From NCBI GenBank assembly GCA_965153285.1, contig OZ229121.1: a stretch of 64,000 nucleotides of DNA; one strand, 5' to 3'. The stretch is from Podarcis tiliguerta (lineage: Eukaryota). Every line of letters begins with the position of its first letter. The stretch's first letter is position 1. This document shows, in pieces, positions 34,979 through 45,419 of this stretch. A program made the translations under genes and the position numbers. Below the pieces are notes generated by a model. That model had not been told where the DNA came from, searched no databases, and saw nothing but the letters and a program-made list of their open reading frames with translations.

Positions 34979-37900
34979 TAGGCTACTAAGTACTAAGTAC
35001 TCAGCCTTTCCCCCACCAGTCATCTGTCAGTGCCCCATATAACTGCTGACTTCACCTACTGCTCTCCAATCTCTAATTGATGCAGGACCTGAGATAGTCG
35101 AAAAGCATAGCTTCCCAACTTTAGAGAATATGACATATAGCTAGGTATCATCAATAAACCTACAGCATTATATCCGAAAGCAATTTCTGAGAGGTCTCAC
35201 GTAAACATTGAGATAGTGGAATGGACACCTGCCCAAAGATTGGGACCTTTAATATGAATGTTCATCACTTGCCAGCAACCAAATTCCTCAGTCTCAGTTC
35301 CTCAGTTTTGAAGTAACTTCAAAACCACTTTAATCCCTCAACCACCCAACTTATTATTATGTTTATATTCCACATTTTCTCTAAGGAGCTCAAGGTGGTG
35401 AACACACTTCTCCCCTTCTCCATTTTATCCTTACCACTCTGAGAGGTACGCTAGGCAGAGAGAGACGGTGACTGGTCCAAGGGGAGCTTCCTAGCTGAGG
35501 GGGGAAATCGAAATCTGATCTCCCATGTCCTAGTCCACTAGGCCACACTGGCTCTCAATATCTTAAAGAGACAATATGCTATGTTCAGTAGATTGAATAT
35601 AATCAGGATAGCACTTCTCCCCTTACCCTTGGTTGGGATAAAATTATTCACCACAGACAAAAAGGTCAGTTTCTGTGTCTTATCAATCTCAATAACTCAA
35701 CCGCAAAAAGTCAAGGATATTAGCGAATCAACCACTACTGCTTGTTTACTGGTTCATTCATATACACAGACACCTAACTCCCAGTTACAGGACAACACGG
35801 TCTCAGCTGAGCTCACTACTGTACATTGACTGCAATGATAATTTTTTCTTAGCATGTGCATGGCTTGACCCTTTATGTATGTGTGGTCATGGGTGGAGTG
35901 GCAATCCTTCCCTTTCAGAGCCCTTCCTCTCTCAAACTAGACGGCCCATTAGCCTGACTCTCTTTATCCAGTGATTTAAATAGGTTGTGCAGCATTGCCA
36001 CAAGGACCTAAACCTTCTCTAGATGTTCTACATCAGTATGCGTGAGTACAGGAGGGTTCTCACTTCAGAAGCTCACCCTACAATCACTGGCAGAGGAAGA
36101 GGAGTGGGGGGGGCACATGGCCCCCGGCAGAGTGATCCCGGTGGGGTGCCATTGCGGCTGCTCCCCACCCACAGGCGGCGTGCCACACCCCCAGGACGCG
36201 TGCCATCTGCTCTCCGTCCCGTCCCCCCATGCCAGAGCAATTCTTGGAGGGCAACAGAAATGGTGACTGGAGATGGAATTAGCACATTTATTCTCATTCC
36301 CCCTTTGCATCTTTTATTTAACTCCGATGCAAAATGCCTGATGTGGGTTATGGACTTTTCTTCTCCCTTCAGTCAGTTTGCTTCTCACCTTAATAGGCAA
36401 GTACGTCTCAGCAACCTTTTGATGTTTTAGGGCCATTTTTTGTCATTAAAAGGGCTTCTGCATGACAATGTCTCTCTGCCATTACAATTAAAAGTTTACT
36501 ATATGAAGTAGCACATACAGTATTTGGGGTTATTACGAAAGCCAAGATGGCTTCAGGATTTCTCAGTGTATTCATATAAAGTGCCTTCCCCCCACCCCCC
36601 AGAATATTTCCTAATTTTGAAGGGTGAAGGACTGGTTTTCTGGGGGGGGGTGTGTGTGTCTGCTTTGTGTGCACCTTATAATTCATGTAACATGAGTATG
36701 GTAAGAAAGACAAATTCTGTTTTTTTCAAGTTTAACTTCTTTGTCTTGCTTTATAAAAATCCACATAAACACAATTTTAATGGGGAAACCAATTGGTGAC
36801 CTAATCAAAACAAAAATACACAGCTTCCATTGTTATTTTTCCCCCACAAGCCTTTTCTTATTTACATAAACGGATAAATTACAGTAATTGTTCAACTTCA
36901 CCATTCAGGAGTAACCAGCACAAGTCGCCTTTGATGACATAAAGTGGACTATTCTTTTGATTTTCTAGGAACACTAAATCAATCCTGCCTTTGATGTCAT
37001 ATTTTGGTTTTAAATGAAGGCTGATCATACGTTCATTTTAACAAACCCGTTGTTTTCCCCATCGACATCAACAAAGCAGGATCTAACCTGAGTCTGAGTC
37101 TCTTATATGTGCATGCTGAAGAAAAGCAATCGGGAACGATGGCTGTGATCTTCCTGCCAATAAAGCAAGTAGCAATGTTTTCACTGCGTTGAAAAAAGTG
37201 CAGGGTTGCACTTAATGGCATTGTGCTGGCTTTCTGTTGTTTTAATACAGGTTTCTATCAAGTCTCATAAAAGCAAACATCAGACACACAGATATTTGAG
37301 CATTCCATTGATAACTGAGCATACAAATATGCAGCCCACACTGTACACTGAAAGTAATAGCCTTTCATTCAAAACAGAAAAAGTTCCATCAAACACTTTT
37401 ATCAAAAGAATGGATGTTCGTACGCTTTGGTTCACCATTGGCTCAGCCAGTAACTGGCTGCTAGGCATGGCTTAGATCATTTGCATTGCATTCGGGACTC
37501 AACCATCTGCAAAATGGGCTGCGGAGAGCATGTCTAGTTTCATTCTCAGAAAGTAAAAAATGGAACCCCCTCACATATTCTCTTTCATACCAGCAGAAAT
37601 CTGAGAACGTCATTCACAACCAGCTTTAGCGCTGATGTCTTTTAATGGCTCCTTTCTCTTCTACTGGAAAGTTAGTGGCCAACTGCCTCCAGATTTCTTA
37701 AAACAAACAAACCCAAATAATAACACAAATCAGTTTTTTAGTGCTCTGACATTTTCGGACATAGCTGTAGAACATTTACCTTATAGTGGAATCACATCAA
37801 CAATAATGTCAAAGATTGAAATCATTTTAGCCCTGGATTAGTAGCCATAGGATTAGTAACTGGTATCCTGCTAGTAGTAGCAGAAGTAGCAGCAATATGT

Positions 37901-38604
37901 AGTTGTGGTAATGACTACTAATAGCCTACTGCTGCAGATATTAAAATTTCCCTCTATAAACTGGCATAAATATATGGCACTCAAAGGCCAGCACCTCTAG
38001 GATGGGGTTCATAATGTTCTTATTGTGTCCCTTGACCTTTCATGGGAATTTACTAGCTCCACAAGATTCAGGAAGTGACAACCATAGTCTCGTGGGCATT
38101 TGAACAGCCCCCTCTTATTTACAGGTGTAAGGGTTTTGCTTGAAATGATGGACAGAGTTGGAAAACTCTCTGCCTTTTACCTACAATAACTTGCATGAAG
38201 CTCTTTGCTACTGAGGCTAAAGCATATTAATAGGATCTGCCTGTTAGTTGTGAAATCAAGTTGGGTGGGCAATGGCATTACACCTTGAGTAAAGTTGATA
38301 CCAAGCCTTTCAGTGAAAGATTGCAAATCAATAAATTATATTGTAGCCATTGACAAGTTTTATTGGCTTGGTTTCCAATTTACCATATGGAAGGTGGAAG
38401 CCATATGGAACCATATGGAAGATTTGGAAGCCACTCTCCTTTAATCCTATGTACTTCTGTCCTCCTGGGAGGCCTAGCACATGGCTCTTTTCCACAGAGT
38501 CAGCAGCGCACCAGGGAGGCTAGCACCAGTTCCATGGGGGAAATCCCACATGGAAGGCCATGGTTGCAGACTTTTCAGTATTACACCAATTGTTGGCATC
38601 CGTC

Positions 38605-39107
38605 TGTCAAGAATGAGCCAGCTCCCATGGAAGGTTTGCAGCCAGCCCCCAGTGAAGTGTTGCAACAAGCTGAAGAAAGCTGCCAGGAACAGAGAGGGTT
38701 AATTGCCAGGCAGGACGAGCATCAGCGAGTGCCAACTCCCCTGCCCCTTGGAATGCCAGCTGATAAGAGAATGGCTGAGGGCAAGCAGGAACTCAGCCAA
38801 TGCTCTACTGGCGCGAACAGAGAAGGAAGCAGTTTGTCAGTACGGGAAGAGATTGTTTCTGAGCCAATCCCTCCTAAGAATAGGCTAAGGGGAGGGCTTT
38901 TAGACCGGAAACAAGGCAAAAGGCACAAAGTGAGAAGGTTCAATACCTTCTGTAACCAGAAGGGAAGCTCTGAAGGGTCATGATGATTGATGATGGTGGC
39001 GGCATGTTAGAGCCATCCAGAGAACTCTGTTTGTTTTTGCAATAAATCTTCCTTTTTAATTAACCACGCTTGCTGTGTTATCAAGTCGGAAACCGGGACT
39101 CTTGACA
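38605..39107 (+). mobile_element. Solo LTR with open reading frame across its 5' three quarters
   Basis: Perfect terminal inverted 8-mers TGTCAAGA/TCTTGACA and a 4/5 TSD CCGTC/CAGTC. AATAAA at ~39040. ORF open from LTR nt 2 to 38983. Confidence 0.85.
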
Positions 39108-39269
39108 CAGTCTATCTCAAAAAACAATGGAGTGAAGTCAAACCACAGGAGAATCACAGCGCCTGCTATGGCTGCAGAGACCAGTAACTCGTAACTGCTG
39201 CCTCCCGCAGTGTGTTTATGTATAAAGTTGTTGTTTATGTATTTTATTATGTGAATCATTCCGGTCTCG

Positions 39270-39700
39270 GTGACGTCTATGCTGGCTTAGTCATATCCAC
39301 TGAATAGAACATGGCACGATCCCCAAGGACATGCTGTACTTGAGGTACCAGGCCTGTTGGCAGACCAACTCTGTGTTACAATGATGTCTGCAAACATGAC
39401 ATGAAGGCTGGCAGTATCACCGTGTGAGAATACCTTGCAGATGACCACAGTGCTGGGAGACACTCAGTCAGGTTTGTATCCACAGCAGTGACCAGAAGAG
39501 GAATGACCGCTGGGAGGAGCGCAGAGACAATGGATTCCATGGTTTACCTGTAAAAGCAAAACCAGATGCCTTCATCTGTCCCAGCTGCAATGTATCGGTC
39601 TCTATGGCCACAGCAGGCGCTCTAACTCTCCAATGGTTTTTCTTCACCCCTGATGGCACAGTGTTCCATTGTCTCCCGAGACAGATAGATGGCAATAACA
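39270..39700 (+). mobile_element. RTE-clade LINE 3' fragment
   Basis: Degenerate IPKDMLY...GRPTLCYNDVCKHDMKA...FICPSC...IGLYGHSRR, the typical RTE ORF C-terminus. Confidence 0.75.
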
Positions 39701-40588
39701 ATGTGAATCATCTGACATGGTTTTATTGTACTCACTCTCAATCTGTGTGTGTTTATCTATTGTAAACCACTTCCAGATATTTCAGGTAGCAAGTGATCTA
39801 GAAATGGAAATAATAAATATATAGATTAAAAAGCCAACCCAGATGAAGGTGGTATCTGTAGCCTTTAAAAAAAAATATCTTCCACAAAGCAGGCCAAGTC
39901 CTGGTCAAGACCGATTGCTTCTCTCGCAAGGGAGCCCATACCTTCAGTATAATCGTGTCACAGTGGAGGTGTGCGGGAGCATAAATGTGTGGCTGCCATT
40001 TCCCATGACACATGTGGTCCGAAGGCTGGACTCTAGAGCTTCAAGCAGTTCTGCTTTTCCTATCTCATCTCCTCAAGTGTTCCAATAGCAAAGGAGTAAT
40101 TTTTAATGTGGAAATAATACTGATGTCTTTTTTCAATATTTGAGACTGTATAATCTCTGAAAATAGTTCGGTATTTCTTTGCCTTTTGTTAAATCACTGA
40201 AATACCTTTACGTTGCTTCTTAAATGTGTTTTGTGTCCTTTAACATGTAATTTTCTTTTATGTCAATCAGTTTGGACTTTGCTATTACCTGCCACTTTAA
40301 GTACTTAAAAGAAATGAAGTATTTTTCCCCCTTTAATGTGGCACAAAAATTGAACTTGAACATTTTTGCAATTGTGGAAGATAACATGGTTGGCAGTATC
40401 GGTATAATTTGGAAAGAAACAAAAAGAGGACATCAGACAAGAAAGCATGTATGTGAACGGAGCCCAGGCTAGGGACAGGAAAAAGAAACTCTACTAATCT
40501 TTTCTTAACAAGATTGCATTATTTCATCTAAGATTAACTACCTATTCTGCCCGAATTTTCCTTGCACAGTGGGTTGGACAAGCTAGTT

Positions 40589-40986
40589 CAGTGTTTCCCA
40601 AAGTGGGCAATACCACCCCCTGGGGGTGCAATGAAACAATCTGGGGGGCAGTAGTAGCCTCAGGTGCAATTGGGGGGCGTTGAATAAAAATAAGGGGGCA
40701 CTGGAAGCATAAAGAAAGAAGAGACTTTTGCAAAACCGTTTGTATATGTTTCATCTGTTGTGCAATGACGCTTACCAATGTACCATAAAGTCGTAGTGAT
40801 TATTTTCCAAATAAACACACAAAAGGCAAGTTATAGGATGTAGGTAGAAAAATAGATACGCAAATTTGTTGCTGCATCTTTCTGTTTGTTTGCTTAAAGA
40901 AGGTAGATTTCCAGGGTGGGGGGCACCCAGTATTCCCCCCCCCCCGGAAAAAAGAGCAGTGGGCCAAATAAATTTGGGAAACTCTG
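40589..40986. mobile_element. hAT-type MITE
   Basis: TIRs CAGTGTTTCCCAAA / TTTGGGAAACTCTG. 8-bp TSD AGCTAGTT/AGCTCGTT. Confidence 0.85.
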
Positions 40987-41068
40987 AGCTCGTTGCACTT
41001 ACATTAGCCATTCTGACTAACTTTTCACATTTATTTAAATGGAGTCCAAGTTAGTGACTATGCTAGTA

Positions 41069-41411
41069 AATGTAAAGGTAAAGGGACCCCTGACCTTTAG
41101 GTCCAGTCGTAACCAACTCTGGGGTTGCAGTGCTCATCCCACTTTATTGGCCGAGGGAGCCGGCGTACAGCTTCCGGGTCATGGCCAGAATGACTAAGCC
41201 GCTTCTGGCGAACCAGAGCAGCGCATGGAAATGCCATTTACCTTCCCACCTATTCATCTACTTGCACTTTGACGTGCTTTCGAACTGCCAGGTTGGCAGG
41301 AGCAGGGACCGAGCAACGGGAGCTCACTCCGTCGTGGGGATTCGAACCGCCGACCTTCTGATCGGCAAGCCCTAGGCTCAGTGATTTAGACCACAGCGCC
41401 ACCTGCGTCCC
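41069..41411 (-). mobile_element. Sauria SINE, full length
   Basis: 14-bp TSD TGACTATGCTAGTA (41055-41068/41412-41425); family head and tail present. Confidence 0.93.
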
Positions 41412-43461
41412 TGACTATGCTAGTATGAACCTTCAAATATTGCACAGTATTTACTCAAACCTCTGCCACTGTTTACAACCACCATTTGCTCCCTGTCAGT
41501 GTCCCTCCCTTCTTACGCCCATGCCATAGCATATTGTGCAACCTGCCTTCCCTTTTGCTCCGCAACCCCACCCTGACTTCCTGCAAATCCAGGATTGTGA
41601 TGCAGCACTACAAATCCTCCAATCAGGGCTGCATGATGATATTTCCACATAGATGTCAGCCCTATTTTTATTGTCAGCTGATTTTCCTTTCCCAAAGGGT
41701 TAGATCATTGTACCCTCCTCAAATTCTAGGGATGCAAAAAGCAGACGAGTGCTTAAAATGGTTCCTCAGAAACTACAGGGTTTTGTTTTGTTTTGTTTGT
41801 ATAAGCTCTTCCATCATAAATAAGGGCCTCCATATAGCCTGCTGCCTGATCTACAGAACACTCTGGAGAGAGGGAGCAAAGGCACATTTTGGATGAGAAT
41901 TATCAATCAAAATCTTCCACAGAGTTAGAACTGCTGTTGGTACGGATCGATAAACACTACTTGTTGATCTACAGCAATGCAACCATGACATAATATATAT
42001 CTTACATAAGTGAGGATGTGTTATGTATCCGTCGCTAGATGAACACGCATATACTAATTATATATTAATATAAAATATGGGCAGAATTTTACCTACAAAA
42101 TCATCCTATTGACAGCTTACAATGAGGTGAAGTCACATATTAATGGAAAGTGGGTTTTGTTTTTTGTTTTTGTAGAGCACCAATAAATATAAACCTTGAG
42201 ATCAAATTAGGCTAAAACAAATGCCTCTCTCTCTCGGATACACACACAATCCATGAGCATGGTGCTCTGAAAGCACTTCTTACCTCAATAGGCTTGCAAT
42301 TTAGAAAACAGATACCAGAGAAATAGCAGAGGAAGAAATTGAGCATGGGGAAAGAGAGGAAGAAAATTTGGCTTTTTCAGTTATGCTAAGGAATGGCTCT
42401 GAGGGGGTTGTGTGAAAGAAAGGCTTCGTAGAAAATGTTTTGGGGAGGGATTTTAAGGAAGTAAGAGAGGTGTTCATTCATAAGAGAACAGCAAGCAAAT
42501 ACCATCCTGGTACTGTTAAAGAGAAGGAGTTTGTGTCGCACACAAGTAAAACTGCCTGGGAAAAATTTGGCAGTGTGAATGCCTAAGACGATCTCTTGTT
42601 TGTAAGTGCCCACAGAAAGCCTTAATTTATGTGTCTAGTATATTAATTCCAAGATTTCATGAAGGAGAAAAATGGATAAGCCAACATTAAAATCTACATA
42701 TGCTTTTAGCCAGTAATATGGTAATTAGAATTTCAGGGCCCAATACTGTGAAACTTGCTCATTTGAACAACTGATAAATTTTACTATTTGCACGCTTCAT
42801 CTTGCATTAAATGTATTAATGTGTTCATTAAAGTGTACAGAAAATCATATACTTAAAACCAGTGTTTCTGTAGCAACCTAATCCACAAATGGCTTGAATT
42901 TCTTCTGCATCCTAGACCATAAACCTTGGGAAATAATGAAATGAAGGCTGCATTTCCTGAAGTCGGTTGTCACTGAACTCACTTGCAGTTTGTTTACGTA
43001 TCATATTATTCAGAATCACTATTTGACACCCAAATATATTTGATACTAATTTTGAATTGATATTTGCCTTAAATAGTTGATTTTAATATTTGATATTTGT
43101 CCATTTTTTTACCACCAGTCTTTGACAATTGGCATGCAATTGTTTGTAACACCTGAAGGCACGATAGCAGACATGCAATATTTAGTATTTGCCTGCATTC
43201 AGTAGGTGCTATCTATGCGGTAGTAATTCGTGGGTGACTTGCAATGGAATTTTTATTGTATAGCACTCAGTAACTAAGACGCAAGGTATGTGATCTAATA
43301 GCAGGAAGGGTACAACCCTAAATCCAAATATTCTTGTCAAGTCTAGCTACTAGTATAAATGTGCTCACCTTCCCTTTTATTCCAAATGGGCTTGTTACTT
43401 CATCCCCCAAAACAGAAAGAAAACAAAAGGAAAACAGTCATGACATTACATGACATCCAGT

Positions 43462-44112
43462 TGTTGTGGAACCAGGCACAGTGGACCAAGTGGGGGAGGG
43501 GCGGTACTCACACAATAAAACACAGGACAGCAGTGCTCGGATTAAATCAGGCCACAATTTTTATTGATTAAAGGTGTTATAAAGTTTCCGTGTAGGCGTC
43601 GGGTGTAGAACCTGAAATCAACCAACTTCTGGGAATTAGATTCCTTCCCCAGTTGCTGGAAATAAGTGGATCAAACGAAAAGGAGCGTTCTTACCAGTTA
43701 GTTTCTTTAATAATCACAGCGAGAGACAAAGGAATGCCTATCTCTCTAGAGATGATGTTGCTCCCAGTAAAGGTTCACCCCTCCGTTCCCATTAATCTAC
43801 GTCATTCCTACGTCGGGTAATTGGAGCTTGTTGCTGCTGAGCTCTCTGTTCTATCACTAGTATTAGGTCCATCTAGTATTAGGCGAAGCAGGGTCAGGAA
43901 TGCTGTCCAAGGACACTGAATCTGCCAGTTGTCCCTCTCCTGGTGTTTCCTCTTCTAGCTGTTCCTCACCCAGTATTTCCCAGCTTTCCCCCTCTGGACT
44001 ATGCCCTTCTGCAAACCACTGTTCTAAATCAATTCTGTCCTCCTGCCCCTGGGAAGGTTCAGGAAAAGGCGTGTGTGGCTCCCACCATTCCTCCTCAGTT
44101 CAGCCCCTGACA
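43462..44112 (-). mobile_element. Probable solo LTR with a degenerate U3 ORF
   Basis: The minus strand starts TGTCAGG and ends ...CACAACA, with AATAAA ~100 bp from the end. The TSD is only 3/5 (CCAGT/CCAAC), so the left boundary is uncertain. The ORF is homologous to the 8176 element. Confidence 0.65.
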
Positions 44113-44800
44113 CCAACCCAACTGCTGACTGATGGTTGAAAGGGACTGAGCAAGGTTAAAGGACACCCTATGGCATGCACCATATAACCGGCAGGGGGCG
44201 CTAAAGCCTGTCGGTCCCTGAGCTGGGCATCTGCAAATGTATCACCCTTGCAAGCTCCTTTAAGAGGATACCTGAAAACAGTGGAGCAGGAGGGCCTCCA
44301 CCCTGTGCCCACCTGGTCTAAGGATCCAACCCAATGCCTTATGCACAGCAAGTTGTGATAGCTGTTATGAGATAGTGAAACCTGCAGGTGGGCCTAATTA
44401 GTTTGCAAGGAATCTTCCTCCCTGGCCCTGAATATGGTGACCCATGTACTTCCATAGCAAGGCTGCGCAAGGGCATGCCCGCTTGCCCTCAGGCAGCCTG
44501 ATAACCAACAGGGAAAAGGGAAGGTGGGAGGCGAATCTCCCAAAGACTGAGGCCTGAGCATTGGCATGGCTAGCTTCTATAGCCAGAGAGCAGACCAGAG
44601 GGAAGAGGTTCTCTCTCTGGTCTGCTCCCAAGCCACGCCCCCTCGCACACACACAACTGGCTGCTGAACCTTGCAAGCGTGTTGCAGCAGATGGCATGGC
44701 AAGAGGAAGCACTAAAGCTGTGAGGGGGGAGCTCTGCCATGGCTATGACACAGCCTCTGCTCCCCATGATTCGGGGGCAGGAGACAGGCAGCTTGCTTAG

Positions 44801-45419
44801 TGTGATGGCCTGGGACTCAGGCTTGGACTCGGAACCAGAGGAGTCTCAGTCTGCACCGGATCCTCTGCCTCAGGCATCATCTGAACCAAGTCTGGGGCCT
44901 GGTCCTGAAGAGTTCCAGTCTGTACAGGTTCCCCTGCAACAAGCACCAGCTGGGCCGAGTCAGGGGCCTGAGCCTGCCCTGGCTCCAGATCCGGCGATTA
45001 CCTCGTTGCCTTCAGCCGGGCAATCACTTACAGCTGCTCCACTACTGGTTGCATCAGGGGAGGCTGAGGCAGCCTCTGGGTCTAGTAACCCACCGACATC
45101 TCCCGAGCTGCAGAGACTCAGGTCTGAGAGAAGGAGAGACCTGAATAGTCGCAGGAGGAGTGCTCGCCTTTGGACGAAACAGGGAGATGAGTCACCGGGG
45201 GATTAGGACCGGCTGCTACCCCAACAAAGATAAAAGGCTGTCAGACCCCACCCCAGTTTGCGGGAGCAACATTGCTGTATGCTAGATCCTGCCTGAGATC
45301 CTGTACCTGTCCTTGCCTGGTTTCCTGCCTTGGCCCTGTCAGACTGACTCCTAGTGGAACCTTTGGATTCTGGTCCAGTCCTGGACCACGTTTCACGGGT
45401 TACCCCCGGGACCAGCACA
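44801..45419 (+). mobile_element. Solo LTR (Gypsy-like) with intact 133-codon ORF
   Basis: TGTG...CACA termini and perfect 5-bp TSD CTTAG (44796-44800/45420-45424). ATG at LTR nt 5 (44805) runs to TAG 45206. A TATA-like GATAAAA lies just after the stop. Confidence 0.9.

Noticed and set aside
43462-45419. One provirus bounded by two LTRs
   Set aside because: The LTRs are in opposite orientations and unrelated in sequence, and the right one has its own perfect TSD.
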